A stretch of DNA of 62,565 nt, filler included, from Sphacelaria rigidula (GCA_964200075.2; 5 parts of 5 records of this genome joined end to end with filler, not necessarily neighbours in it); one strand, 5' to 3'; positions 23,111 to 37,602 are shown, numbered from the whole stretch's first letter. Translations and numbers: made by a program. The notes: generated by a model from the letters alone, not told the origin.

Positions 23111-24969
23111 TAAACCTTTTGACGGTTGGGTCGTGGGATCAAATGTTTGCGAAGCCACACGATCTGGGATTTTTTTTCACACCTTGGCCAACAATGGAGA
23201 GCGACTATGCCGTGGGTAAACAAAATTCGACAGCACGGTCGACGACGGCAAGGGACCGCTGAACCTCTTTCTCGGTAAAGAAATAGGGGAAGCCTCGCAG
23301 AAGGAGGGTGGAGTGCTAAAAACAAAATTCAACACGCCTGTGTTGGCCCTCCTCCTGTGTGACCCCGGCTGATGCGCCCACATATACAGAAAGATGTAGA
23401 CTGGCGTCCAGAATAGATGCAGCCTCCGTGACACGGGAGGCTGGAGTTCCGTTCTTGTCGAGGACTTGGCGAGGGTCGACCTACTTTTGTATGTTTCATC
23501 AGTGTTCTTTTTTCTGTTGCCGTCTTTTATCTTCTTAGTCTACTCTGTTGTTCTGTTGTACCTGTTATGCAGTAGACCTAGAGCTTTGGTCATGTATCTA
23601 TGGTTGACGACATGACTACTTGATTTTAGAGTCGAGAAAGTTCTGAGCAAACGTTTTGTTTGGGGCTGGTGAGCAGTGGACCCAGTCGGTCCAGAATATT
23701 TTATTGTCGAAATCGGCGCCTGCGGTGTCGATTTCACGTCTGTCAACGCACTCTTTGCCCAGGGGAACCTATGCACCCTCCTTGTCCGAGGGTCTCGTAC
23801 GCCTGGGATCGGGATTAGGGTTAGGGTTAGGTTTAGGGTTACCGATATCGTTAGTTTGTTTGAGAAAATCAACAATAGATATACGACCAAAAGTTTAGGT
23901 CGCCTCCTTTTATGTTTGCTTATTTTGTTTCAGCGAGTGTTTCAGTTGTCTTTTGTCTCGGGTACGTGTATCATGTGACCACGGCTAGATCATGACTACC
24001 TGGGGGGTCAGTTAAAGTACGACCATCAATCAATCATTCCAATGAATAAATAAATATTGAAGTTGATCCCTACTGGGCGTGGTGGCGGAAGCCGCCGAAG
24101 ACGTTGTAAATATGTATGCATATACAAGTTGCCACCGGGCGCCGTAAGTCTAAATTGAATGGTGCACCAGGGGCTAGTGAGGGCGGATTTTTGTTTATTT
24201 TAATGCCACATTTTGAACCCTTTTGGCACCGGCCATGAAAAAAATGTTGATTCCGAGCTGCTGTTTTTTCGAACGACATATGGTTGAGTTTTCATAGCTT
24301 TCACGTAAAACTGTTAGCCCCAGGTGTGTTTTTCAGACCCGTGTAAAAATGTGCCCCAGTGCGGCACGGGACTCAGTATACAGAAAACGGACAGGTGGTG
24401 CCGATTTTTGTTGGTGAAGAATTCAGGAACGCAAGTGCTGGTTTTGGTTATGTGCACATAGTCGAACACACTTGATCCGTTGCGTCCCCTCATTGGACAC
24501 GAATCCGACCGGACCCGGGTGACATGCTTGGTGCGCGCATGACGTACCCTGGTGGACTCTTCTGTGGGCTTCCGCCGTAAAAATGGTTGCCGTCGGTTTT
24601 TTCTGTTCCCATCTTTTCTGCTTTGTCCGGACCTGAAAATAGTGAGACATCTGATCCGAGGACGGAAGGGTGTACTCGGGGACGGAAAGGGGAGGTTCCT
24701 AAAGGGTTAGCCCCTCAGTGCCTCGGAGACAAGTCCGTCGTTTACACCCTGGATAATGACAGAAGATTACATTGTGAAAACGTTTACTGCTTACAGTGTC
24801 GACTAGTGCGCCTATTGCAACACACAATAGATTCCATACTGTACGCAGTACACTTTTCGGCAATATAATATTTTTTGCAGTTGCTTTCGAATTTTGTCAC
24901 ATTATGCACTCCCGCCCCTCCCCCCCCCCCCAACTTGGGGGGGGGGTATGGGGGGGTAGGGAAAACCTC

Positions 24970-25069
24970 NNNNNNNNNNNNNNNNNNNNNNNNNNNNNNN
25001 NNNNNNNNNNNNNTTAATTAATTAANNNNNNNNNNNNNNNNNNNNNNNNNNNNNNNNNNNNNNNNNNNN
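24970..25069. other. Artificial contig linker
   Basis: N-TTAATTAATTAA-N block. Confidence 0.97.
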
Positions 25070-28000
25070 AGCACGCGAGGCACGCTCGCCGTGGAACAGA
25101 AGAAATACATCGGGGACTGTACGAACTGCTGAGGGTGAAACATACGGTAGAGCGAGTACTAGATTCATTCCGGGGATTGGATAAAGAAGCGAGTGCAGCG
25201 CGCGATTTATCATGGTGGCTGAACAAGAAAAGAGACGTCAACAACTGCACGCATTGATGAAGGTCGAGCTCACGGTAGAGCGAGTACACGAATCACTGCT
25301 GGTCGCGGGAGAAGCAGATCACGCGAGCACGCGAGGCACGCTCGTCGTGGAACCGAACAGTTACATCGGGGACTGTACTAGCTGCTGAGGGTGAAACATA
25401 CCGTGGAGCGAGTACTAGATTCATTCCGGGGATGGGAGAAAGAAATGAGTGCAGCGCGCGATTCATCACGGTGGCTGAACAAGAAAAGAGACGTCAACAA
25501 CTGCACGCATTGATGAAGGTCGAACTCACGGTAGAGCGAGTACTCGAATCACTGCTGGTCGTGGGAGGAACATATCACTCGAGCACGCGAGGCACGCTCG
25601 TCGTCGAACCGAAGAGATACATCGGGGACTGTACGAACTGCGGAGGGTGAAACATACGGTGGAGCGAGTACTAGATTCATTCCGGGGATTGGAAACAGAA
25701 ATGAGTGCAGCGCGCGAGTCATAATGGTGATGGAACGAAAACAAATCGTCAACAACTGCACTCATCGATGAATATCGAACTCACAGTGGAGCGAGTACTC
25801 GAATCACTGCTGATCGTGGGAGAAACAAATCACTCGAGCACGCGAAGCACGCTCTTCGTGGAACCGAAGGGATATGTCGGGGATTGTCCCATCGGCTGAG
25901 GGTGAAACATAGAGTGGAGGGAGTACTGGATTCATTCCGGGGATTGGAGAAAGAAATGAGGGCGGCGCGCGAGTCATCATGGTGGTGGAACAAGAAAGGA
26001 GACGTCCACAACTGCACTCATCGATGAAGGTCAAACTCACAGTAGAGCGAGTACTTGAATCACTGCTGTTCGTGGGAGATACATATCACTCGAGCACGCG
26101 AGGCACGCTCGTCGTGGAACCGAAGAGATACGTCGGGGACTGTACCAACTGCTAAGGGTGGACTATACGGAGGAGCGAGTACTAGATTCGTTCCGGAGAT
26201 TGGATGAAGAGATCAGTGCAGCGCGCGAGTCATAATGGGTGCTGAACAAGCAAAGAGACGTCAACAACTGCACTCATTGATGAAGGTCCAGCTTACAGTA
26301 GAGCGGGTACTCGAATCACTGCTGGTCGTGGGAGAAACAAATCACTCGAGCACGCGAGGCACGCTCCTCGTGGAACCTAAGAGATACGTCGGGGACCGTA
26401 CGAACTGCTGAGGGTGGAACATACGGTAGAGCGAGTACTGGATTTATTCCGAAGATTTGATGAAGAGATGAGTGCATCACGCGAGTCATAATGGTGGTAG
26501 AACAAGAAAAGAGACGTCAACAACTGCACGCATTGATGAAGGTCGAGCTCACGGTAGAGCGAGTACTCGAATCACTGCTGGTCGTGGGAGAAACAAATCA
26601 CTCGAGCACGCGAGGCACGCTCTTCGTGGAACCGATGAGATACGTCGGGGACTGTACTAGCTGCTGAGGGTGAAACATACGGTGGAGCGAGTACTTGATT
26701 CATTCCGGGGATCAGGGAAAGAAAGATGTGCAGCGCACGAGTCATTATGGTGATAGAACAAAAACAAATCGTCAACGACTGCACCCATCGATGAAGGTCG
26801 AGCTCACGATAGAGCGAGTTCTCGAATCACTGCTGGTCGTGGGAGAAACAAATCACTCGAGCACGCGAGGCACGCTCTTCGTGGAACCGGAGAGTTAAGT
26901 CGGGGACTGTACTCCCTGCTATGGGCAAAACATAGAGTGGAGCGAGTACTAGACTCATTCCGGGGATTGGAGAAAGAAATGAGGGCAGCGCGCGAGTCAT
27001 AATGGTGGCTGAACAAGAAAAGAGACGTCCACAACTGCACTCATCGATGAAGGTCGAATTCACAGTAGAGCGAGTACTCGAATCACTGCTGATCGTGGGA
27101 GAAACAAATCACTCGAGCACGCGAGGCACGCTCGCCGTGGAACAGAAGAAATACATCGGGGACTGTACGAACTGCTGAGGGTGAAACATACGGTAGAGCG
27201 AGTACTAGATTCATTCCGGGGATTGGAGAAAGAAGCGAGTGCAGCGCGCGATTTATCATGGTGGCTGAACAAGAAAAGAGACGTCAACAACTGCACGCAT
27301 TGATGAAGGTCGAGCTGACGGTAGAGCGAGTACTCGAATCACTGCTGGTCGCGGGAGGAGCATATCACTTGAGCACGCGAGGCACGCTCGTCGTCGAACC
27401 GAAGAGATACGTCGGGGACTGTACTAGCTGCTGACGGTGAAACATACGGTGGAGCGAGTACTACATTCATTCCGGAGATAGGAGAAAGAAATGAGTGCAG
27501 CGCGCGAGTCATTATGGTGATGGAACGAAAACAAACCGTCAACACCTGCACTCATCGATGAATATCGAACTCACAGTGGAGCGAGTACTCGAATCACTGC
27601 TGGTCGTGGGAGAAACAAATCACTCGAGCACGCGAAGCACGCTCTTCGTGGAACGGAACAGATGAGTCTGGGACTATACCATTGGCTGAGGGTCAAACAA
27701 AGAGTGGAGGGAGTACTGGATTCATTCCGGGATCAGAGAAAGAAACGAGGGCAGCGCGCGAGTCATCATGGTGGTGGAACAAGAAAAGAGACGTCAACAA
27801 CTGCACTCATCGATGAAGGTCGACCTCACAGTAGAGCGAGTACTCGAATCACTGCTGGTCGTGAGAGATACATATCACTCGAGCACGCGAGGCACGCTCG
27901 TCGTGGAACCGAAGAGATACGTCGGGGACTGTACTAGCTGCTGAGGGTGAACTATACGGTGGAGCGAGTACTAGATTCGTTCCGAAGATTGGATGAAGAG

Positions 28001-31000
28001 ATGAGTGCAGCGCGCGAGTCATAATGGGTGCTGAACAAGGGAAGAGACGTCAACAACTGCACTCATTGATAAAGATCGAGCTCACAGTGGAGCGAGTACT
28101 CGAATCACTGCTGGTCGTGGAAGAAACAAATCACTCGAGCACGCGAGGCACGCTCTTCGTGGAACCGAAGAGATACGTCGGGGACTGTACCAACTGCTGA
28201 GGGTGAAACATAGAGTGGAGCGAGTACTAGATTCATTCCGGGGATTGGAGAAGGAAGCGAGTGCAGCGCGCGAGTCATGATGGTGATGGTACAAGAAGAG
28301 AGACGTCAACAACTGCACTCATCGATGAAAGTCGAACTCTCGGTAGAGCGAGTACTCGAATCACTGCTGGTCGTGGGAGATACATATCACTCGAGCACGC
28401 GAGGCACGCTCGTCGTGGAACCAAACGGATACGTCGGGGACTGTACTAGCTGCTGAGGTTGAAACATACGGTAGAGCGAGTACTGGATTTATTCCGAGGA
28501 TTGAAGAAAGAAACGAGTTTAGCGCGCGAGTCATAATGGTGGCTGAACAAGAGAAGAACGTCAACAACTGCACTCATCGATGAAGGTCGAGCTCACGGTA
28601 GAGCGAGTACTCGAATCACTGCTGGTCGTGAGAGAAAGAAATCACTCAAGCACGCGAGGCGTGCTCGTCGTGGAACCGAAGAGATAAGTTGGGGACTGTA
28701 CTAGCTGCTGGGGGTGAAACATACGGTGGGGCGGGTACTAGATTCATTCAGGGGATTGGAGAAAGAAATGAGTGCCGTGTGTGAGTTATAATGGTGGCGG
28801 AACAAGCAAAGAGACGTCAACAACTGCACTCATCGATCAAAGTGGAGCCCACGGTAGAGCGAGTACTCGAATCACTGCTGGTCGTGGGAGAAACAAATCA
28901 CTCGAGCACGCGAGGCATTCTCGTCGTAGAACCAAACAGATACGTCGGGGACTGTACCAACTGCTGAGGTTGAACCATAAAGTGGAGCGAGTACTTGATT
29001 CATTCCGGAGATGGGAGGAAGGAGCGAGTGCAGCGCGCGAGTCATAATGGTGGCTGAACAAGAAAAGAGACGTCAACAACTGCACTCATCTATGAAGGTA
29101 GATCTCACGATAGAGCGAGTACTCGAATCACTGCTGGTCGTGGGAGAAACAAATCACTCGAGCACGCGACGCACGCTCGTCGTGGAACCGAAGAGATACG
29201 TCGGGGACTGTACGAACTGCTGAGGGTGAAACATACGGTAGAGCGAGTACTAGATTCATGCCGGGGATTGAAGAAAGAAACGAGTTCATTGCGCGAGTCA
29301 TAATGGGGGCTGGACAAGAAGAGAGACGTCAACAACTGCACTCATTGATGAAGGTCGAGCTCACGGTAGAGCGAGTACTCGAATCACTGCTGGTCGTTGG
29401 AGAAACATATCACTCAAGCACGCGAGGCGTGCTCGTCGTGGAACCGAAGGGATACGTCGGGGACTGTACTAGCTGCTGAGGGTGGAACATACGGTGGAGC
29501 GGGTACTAGATTCATTCCGGGGACTGGGGAAAGAAGCGAGTGCAGCGCGCGAGTTATAATGGTGGCTGAACAAGAAAAGAGACGTCAACAACTGCACCTT
29601 TCGATCAAGGTCGAGCTGACGGTAGAGCGAGTACTCGAATCACTGCTGGTCGTGAGAGAAAGAAATCACTCGAGCACGCGAGGCATGCTCGTCGTGGAAC
29701 CGAGCAGATACATCGGGGACTTTACTAACTGCTGAGGGTGAAACATACGGTAGAGCGAGGACTGGATTCATTGCGGGGATTGGAGAAAGAAATGAGTGCA
29801 GCGCGCGAGTCATAATGGTGGTGGTACGAGAAAAGAGTCGTCCACAACTGCACTCATCGATGAAGGTCGAACTCACAGTGGAGCGAGTACTCGAATCACT
29901 GCTGGTCGTGGGAGAAACAAATAACTCGAGCACGCGAGGCACGCTCGTCGTGGAACCAAAAAGATACGTCGGGGACTGTACCAACTGCTGAGGGTGAAAC
30001 ATAGAGTGGAGCGAGTACTGGATTCATTCCGGGGATTGGAGAAAGAAATGGGTGCAGCGCGCGAGTCATAATGGTGGTGGTACGAGAAAAGAGTCGTCCA
30101 CAACTGCACTCATCGATGAAGGTCAAACTCACAGTAGAGCGACTGCTCGAATCACTGCTGGTCTTGAGAAAAACGAAGCAATCGAGCACACTGCTCACGC
30201 TCATCGTAGAACGAAATGGATACGTCGAAGCCGATACTCATAGATGAAGGTGAAACATACAGTAGAGCGAGCGCTCAGGCCATGCTGGTGGTTGGACAAA
30301 CAAATCACCCGAGCACGCCAGTCATGCTCGTGGTGGAACAAACTGAATACGTCGTGGACTGTACTAACTGCTGAAGGTGAAACATAGAGTGCAGCGAGTA
30401 CTAGATTCATTCCGGGAATTAGCCAAAAGGAATCACTCAAGCACGCGAGTCATGCTCGTGGTGGAACGAAATGAATATGTCGTGGACTGTACTAACTGCT
30501 GAGGGTGAAATATCCTGTAGAAAGAGTGCTCGAATCACTGCTGGTGGTGGGAAACCAAATCACTCGAGCACGCGGGTCATACTCGTGGTGGAACAAAATG
30601 AATACGTCGGGGACTGCACTAATTGCTGAACGTGAAACATACAGTAGAGGGAGTACTAGATCCATCCCGGGCATCGGAAAAAGACGTTACTCGAGCACGC
30701 GAGTGATGCTCGTGGTAGAACAAATGAGTACGTTAAGGACCGCACTCATTGAGTAGGGTGAAGCTCACAGCACAGCGAGTACTCAGTTCATGCTGGTCGT
30801 GGGGAAACCAAATCACTCCAGCACCCAAGCCATGCTCGTGGTGGAAACCTGCATGCGTCTGAAGGTGAAACATACAGGAGAGCGAGTACTCAGGTCATGC
30901 TGGTGGTGGGAAAAACAATTCACTCGAGCACACGACTCATACTCGAAGTGGACAAAACCGCTCGCGTCTGGAGATAAAACGTTCAGTAGAGCGAGTACTC

Positions 31001-31862
31001 GATCCATGCTGGTGGCGGGAAGAACAAATCACTCAAGCACACGAGCCATGCTCGTGGTGGGACAAAATCAATACGTCAAGGACTGCACTCATTGCTGAGG
31101 GTGGAATATATTGTAGAACAAGTACTCAAATCACTGCTGGTGATGGGAAAAACAAAGTTCTCGAGCACGCGAGTCAGGCTCGTCGTGGAACAAAATGGAT
31201 ACGTCGAGGACAATACTCATCTTTGAAGGTAAGACATATGGTAGTGCGAGTACTCAGGTCATGCTGGTGGTGGGAGAAACAATTCACTCGAGCACACGAC
31301 TCATGCTCGTGGTGGAACAAAACGCATGCGTCTCAAGCTGAAACATACAGTAGGGCGAGTACTCGATTCATGTGACTGGTGGAAGAAATAAATCATCGAG
31401 CACGCGAGTCTTGCTCGTGGTGGAACAAAATCAATACGTCGAGGACTGTACTGATTGCTGAAATTTAACATTATAGTCGTTGAAGCACTCGAGTCACTGC
31501 TGGTTGTGGGAAAAACAAATCACTCGAGCACGCGATTCATGCTCGTGGTGGAACAAAATGAATACGTCGGGGACTGCACTAATTGTTGAGAGTGAAAAAT
31601 ATAGTAGAAAGCGTACTCGATTCACTGCTGGTGGTGGGAAAAACAAACCACTCGAGCACGCGAGTCATGCTCGTGGTGGAACAAGATGAATATGTCGGGG
31701 ACTGCACTAATTGCTGAGGGTGAAAAGTATATTTGAGCGAGTACTTAGGTCATGCTGGTGATGGGGAAAACAAATCACTCGAGCACACGAGTCATGCTCG
31801 TGGTGGAACAAAATGATTGGGTTGAGGACTGCACTCACCACTGAAGGTGAAAAATATAGTAG
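25070..31862. repeat. Tandem satellite: ~20 units of 255-256 bp (dimer of ~128-bp monomers), grading into irregular monomers after ~30200
   Basis: GAGCACGCGA(G/A)GCACGCTC recurs at 25325, 25581, 25836 and onward. Each unit has two related halves, both containing GAGCGAGTACT. The array runs off the contig start. Confidence 0.95.
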
Positions 31863-32819
31863 ATCCTGCTGCGCCCCCCCCCCCGCTGCTGTGAAACACA
31901 CAGCAGGTCGTGCGCGAAGAACGGTGTTCTCGAACCCATATACAGCCCCCTTTCCCCTCCCCTGGAAAATTCTCTCCGATACTTTTCCGTCAACGCTGCG
32001 AATTTCGTTGGTAATTATGGACAGCCTTGCAGAGAAAAATGGCACATGTACCCCTGTACCACCTCCTGTGCAGACTTCCCGCTGTTCCGACCCGATCAAC
32101 ACCCGCAAACTATCGTGATCTTACAGCAAAGCATCACCCGAACCCAATGTGACGTCTGTTGTCGGCCGGCACACTCGCCAGTCACACTAGAAGCAATTCC
32201 AAATCCACATGTGTGTCATCAACGCACGCAATCACACTGCGGATCCGGGCACTACTACTACTCCCATCACTGCAGATATGTCCTCCGTCGGCGACGTCGT
32301 CGTCACTGCCCGGGTCTAGGCGCACTACTTCACCACCGCCGGCGCTTGCCCCCTGACTGAGTGCAGTGGCGCCGGCCCCGCGTCCTTTGTCGCCTCTCCC
32401 GGAACCTCGACCGCTGCCGTCGAGAGCACAACCATCGACATCCCCACAAACCCTATCGTCGCTGAAACCACCTGCCATCTCATTCCGGTCACTCTCCGGA
32501 TCGCCGTCGCCACGGGGAATATCACTGCCGGTAACGTCTCCGCCGCAGCCGGCACTTGAGCCGGCCATGCTGTCATTGTTGTCACCGCTGCCACTGCTAT
32601 CGGTAACACCACTGCCGGTGCCTCCGTCAGCACTGTCATTGCTGGACCCGTTCGTTGCTGCACTTTTATTGCTCCCAGAGTCGCCGCCACCGCCGCCGGC
32701 AACACCACTGCCTCCACCCCCCCCCCCGACCGCCACGGACGGTAGAGGCGGGCGTGCTGTCGTTGCTGTCCCCGATGCCGTCTCCACTACCAGCGCCAGT
32801 CAACCCGGGTGCTCTTAGA

Positions 32820-35800
32820 GGGAGGCAACCCGTCTGCTCCGACTTGTTCCTTGTCAATGCGCGCAATTCTTCGAGAATCTCGCGAGTACTTTCCACGATA
32901 TTTCCAGCGTCGCCCATAGACTTATAGCGGGCGAGGATCTGCTTCAATCCCGAAACTCGTGCCTCCGCCTCCCGTAACGTAAGCAGGTTTTGCATGCGTT
33001 GGTCGATGCTGCTGGCCGTTTTAACGAGTGTATCCACTGAAGCAGCGATTTGAGATAGGGCCTCGTCAGCAGCTTTTCGGCGTTTCTTCACTTCTTGCTT
33101 GTCCTCCTTCTTCCGTTTGGCGATTTAAAGCATGCCGCCCATTTCGCCCAGTTATTTCATTTTATTGGGGCATGTAACACCGGCCCGCTTGTCGTCGTCG
33201 CCACTCCCTTCGCCCCCTTCGCCCCCTTTGCCCCCCTGTACTTTATCGCGGGGGCGGCGCTTTCGGGGGCCAGCGGATGCCGGTATGCTGAACCCAACCT
33301 CGGGAGCATCACCGAAAGGTCCCCAAAGCGCTGAAAGAGAGTCCCCAGGTTTCCGGCATGGGGGGCACTCGTCGTGGGGCACGTCTTCAGTACCGAGGTC
33401 GTCGTTCTCATGGTCACTATCCACGTTGCATGCGACTTTCTCCTTCCCTTTCTTCACCTTTGACTTTCTTTTCTTTGCAGCCACAATCTTGCGCTTCTGC
33501 ACCCTGATCCACTCGAATGTCACGAATCTCTCAAAGAATTTGATCGATTGCTCCCCCGGAGGCAGACTATTGTTGACTGAGAACTTCATCTCCCTGAGTG
33601 AAGGGCATAATGATATTCACGAGACGGAAGAACGAGCAGAAAGAGTCAGCCACAGTCGAAACATGTGTGGCTGTCGACATGGTGGAGGCGTGGGGTGGGG
33701 GAGGGCGCCTTCCGTGCTGTCGACCCGCTTGCGACTGTCGTTAAATGTTCGCCGGCAGTGCTACTGAACGCAAAACGACGGTAGTAGCAGCGTAAAAAAG
33801 CCGGGAACTTCTCGCACGGCAAAGGTGACAGGAATACCCGGTTTCACGTTTTATTGGTACGGTACTTCCCGTCAAAAACGTGCATGATACTGCTGCGGGG
33901 AGGACAAGGTTGCCGTGACCACGAATAGACGGTGAAATCCATCCCGTGTGCAATGTCAACGAGAGGAAATTGGCGGCATCGTTTCGAATTTGTCGAAGAG
34001 GGCGTAAGTGGCACCACCGCCTTTTCGCCGATATTTAGACTCTCTTTCAGCGCTCACACGGCGGGGGTGGGAACGTGGGAACATGTCTACGTCCGGGCGG
34101 GCGAGTTGGTTGCTACGCTTCAACCGATATTCGTTTTGTCTCGTCCCAGTGATGACCCTCAAGGCTACAAGAACTCAAGAAATGAGCGAAGCAAAGATAG
34201 ATCAAATCGAGGGATGAGCCCGAAGGATACATGAACGGAAGAGAAGGGCACAGAGAATGCAACAAGTCAACGCCGATACATGTCGGCAACATATGCGTGA
34301 CTGCTCACCCGTCGATGGGGGTGAGCAAATCCCGCGTCATGTCCCTCTTGATGGCTTGACTCTTCTCCCAAACCAAGTCCGTTGTGTCGGTGAACCTCTT
34401 GGGAATGGCTTGGCTGACGGTTTGTGCGCCTGTTCACCGTGCACGGTTCGGACGAGAGCGCAGGGGTTGCCACGACAACACCAGACGGGAGGTGCAGTGT
34501 CAAATGGCGGCGACAATCAACGTTACCAGAAAATTGACCGAAGTCAGTGTAAGCCCGATGTTATGGGAACGGCGCGAGGTAAAGAACACCTCGGCCCTTG
34601 ATATCCGTCGGCATACACGTGGTGCACGATTGTCGGCGATGCAGACAGGCCGCGACGACCAACTCTTCCGCGGTTCGACATTTGGAAACGACGGTCACGG
34701 GCACGCAGTATACCACGTCGTTCGGCAATTCTTTGGGTTTTTGGTACCTTCCCAGTGGCTTTTGTGCTTCCATACAGGGGTACGTCGTATACCATCACCC
34801 CTCCAAGTAAGTGCCAATCCTCAAACTTCAAAATGTATCCTTTTACTGCGAGTGACGAACAGAAAAAAACTCATTGATAGTCACGCGGGTAACTCGCAGT
34901 ATAGCTGCATTCCTTCCCTACTGGTAGCTATTGGCAACTACTGCACGGCATGAAATTTGTGATTACGACAACCGACTGTTTGGGTTTCTACGTCACAAAT
35001 GGGCCGCGGGGATTGAGGCGATCAAAAAGTATGCTCTGTATTCTTTTTCACGTGCGATCCAAAATGTTCGGCTGTCGGGATCCATTTATTGTTTGGCATA
35101 CAGAGCTTGCTAAAAACTACCAGTCGCTGAAGGAAGACAAGGATAAATCCAGGAATCGGGGTGGATGTAGGAAGTTTTATCATCCGGGTATCATCGTTGA
35201 TGAAAAGGTGGCTGTTCGGTGTCACCCCCCACGATCGCTCTCCGGTGATGTTTTTCTTTCTGGCTCCAAAATTTCATAACATGGACCAGAACACGGCGCA
35301 CAGTGTGAAACATAAATGCATACCACCGCCAAAACGATAATACAAATGATGCACACAAGGAGCTTGCTGCAGTAAGCACCTCTTCGTCTCCAGTCTGGGC
35401 GACGAGTATATTCCAGCGCACCAAAAACAGCGGATTCGTATTTTGAAACGGTGACAGTAGCTGCGTCCGGTTTTCACTGTCGGTACGAGCTGTGGGAGAA
35501 TTTTGAATAAGCGCGCGAATACCGTGCACCATCGCTTGGGACAAGAAGCCGCAGGCACTGGGTGAAATCCAATATTTCTCGTGTCCCATGCGCATGCTGA
35601 AGACACAACGGGTTGTGTCCTACAGTACTGGGGTGCAGGCGGCACACCATCACAGGAAAACTGGAACACCTACCTTTCTTGGGCATCTTTGTCGTCCGCC
35701 GTGTCGTCTGAATCATCCTTTTCGTGTTGAGCCCCGTCGGTGAAGAGACACCATTGTCATCCAACCAACGCAAAGAGCCGGGCACAGCGCTGCGCGCGAA

Positions 35801-36030
35801 GGTGTCCTTCACGATTGCATTGCGTTTCGAAATTTCTTTCTATCCGAGCTATTGCTCACCGGGAGGGCCGCGTATACTACCGGCACGGCCTGCAGCTGTT
35901 TCAGGCACGCTGCGCCGAGAATGCCAGAGTAAAAATCTGAAAACCGGACGAAGAACCAAAGCGCTAGTTCTGAGCACGGCACGACGATCGATGGCGCTGG
36001 CGATGACAAAGAAGGCATTTTACAAAAGTG
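32820..36030 (-). pseudogene. Decayed, probably intron-containing gene; possibly a Harbinger-type accessory (Myb/SANT-like) protein
   Basis: Frameshifted minus-strand coding-like pieces: LVWEKSQAIKRDM, LPPGEQSIKFF...KKRKSKVKKGK, PRKRRP and a coiled-coil tail KRRKAADEALSQIAASVDTLVK. It lies just inside a Harbinger-like terminus. The family assignment is inference. Confidence 0.35.
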
Positions 36031-36289
36031 TATTGTTGCATGGTGCCTGCTGCTGTGCAGATGTGTGTGTGAGTGGTGTACTGATGCAGGGTGGGGCGCA
36101 CCCTGGATCCTTGCAAAATGCGAATGATGAGCCTGCACCCTAGTTTCAAAAGGCGAATGATGACCGCTGCTCCTGTCTGCAAGCTAGATGATGGCTCGGG
36201 ATGTACAAATCCTCAGGAGTTTTTCATAGACAACAAGGTGCGTTTTTGAAAACTGCTTTCTCTGGAAAACGTCTTTGAGAAAAGTCGTC

Positions 36290-36336
36290 CAAAATGACTT
36301 TTCTCTAAGAATATTTTCAGTCTTTAAGAAGCGGCC
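36290..36336. mobile_element. Candidate Harbinger-type terminal inverted repeat
   Basis: Reverse complement GGCCGCTTCTTAAAG resembles the TIR of the 22277-23110 MITE. Followed by TCA (TNA-type). No partner end found. Confidence 0.35.
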
Positions 36337-37502
36337 TCAGTCGTGAATGAGAATGATGTGAGATATGGTGCAGCACATGTAGCATCAACCATGTTGGAAT
36401 TGCGGAGGGTAGTGATAGTCAATTAGAAGAATAGTGTCTAATGACGCAGGTTATACGAGTACAATGCGATTGCTGTACAAGCAGCTGGGCAGCCCCAAGC
36501 CCTCAGTCTGGTTGGGTGCTCGCTGTCATCGTGCCTTGCTCTGAGGTTTGCATGTGAGTGTTTGGGGAGTGTATGTGAGATTGAGTAAGAGAGAGATTGA
36601 GTGTGGGTGATTGAGTAAGAGTGACACTAGTTGAGATAATTTGGGTGTGTAAGACAAGAGGGTTTAACCAGAGATAATCAACGCGTTTTTCAATATTTTG
36701 TTCTTTGCTCTCAACCAGGCTATTGACTGCCTTTCACGCGTACCTGAGCTGTGTGGATAGCTACCCCTGCATCAGTGCGGCTTCCCACAGGAGGCTGCCC
36801 ACACTGCTGGTCACGTGTCCGAATCCGTGGAGGATCGCTGGGTGATGGATTTAGAGGTTTCTCATTTTCATCCTGAGAGTTTTCTTCGTGTATGTTCGTT
36901 TTGCTCCTTTTCCATAGAGGACATAGAGTTTTGCCTCCGGGAAAGGATCGTACCTGGGGTCGAGGGTGACCGGGTCACCTGTACCCTTCTCCCGCTCACC
37001 CCGTTTCTGCTCTTACCTAGAGAGCAGGTGTGGCAGTCACCAGGCTTTAAATTGTTTCCAAATCGCACTCTTGAATCATTCGTGCCAGCTGCAGAATTGT
37101 CGAGGAGTTCATACGTGGACAAATAGCACCCTGTGGGGCACGTGTACAGGGTTCAGGAAACCTGTGCAGTGTTTCTCGCGGGAATTTGGCTGTAGGGTGT
37201 TTTTCGCGCCACACAGGACACTTCACAGGGTTTCAGGGAAACTGTACAGTGTTTCTCGCGAGGGTTTGGCTGTAGGGTATTTTTTCGCGCCGCATAGGAC
37301 GCTTGACAGTGTTTCGTCACCCTGTGTACTGTTCATTGTTGTAAGCCCTTAGACGATGAGCGTCGCCCCGGCACGATTGTACAGACGGACAGTCCCGAGA
37401 CATCCGGGGGTTTCCAGTGCTCGGGGATGGGGGGGCGTACTCATCATCATGCATGCCATAGTCATAAGACCATCGACCTCGCATCCCTGCAAAGCCGGGA
37501 CG

Positions 37503-37602
37503 NNNNNNNNNNNNNNNNNNNNNNNNNNNNNNNNNNNNNNNNNNNNTTAATTAATTAANNNNNNNNNNNNNNNNNNNNNNNNNNNNNNNNNNNNNNNNNN
37601 NN
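37503..37602. other. Artificial contig linker
   Basis: N-TTAATTAATTAA-N block. Confidence 0.97.

Noticed and set aside
25070-31862. CRISPR-like array or repeat-protein gene
   Set aside because: There are no unique spacers and no cas genes. Units are 255-256 bp with stops and frame drift, so the ORFs are by-products.
32182-32818. Overlapping Gly/Ser/Asp-rich and Pro-rich ORFs
   Set aside because: GC-rich low-complexity sequence open on both strands with no domain. At most it is the tail of the decayed minus-strand gene.
36868-37122. Copia GAG-pre-integrase fragment (CHTCSLGK)
   Set aside because: A single short motif with no adjoining integrase or RT sequence.
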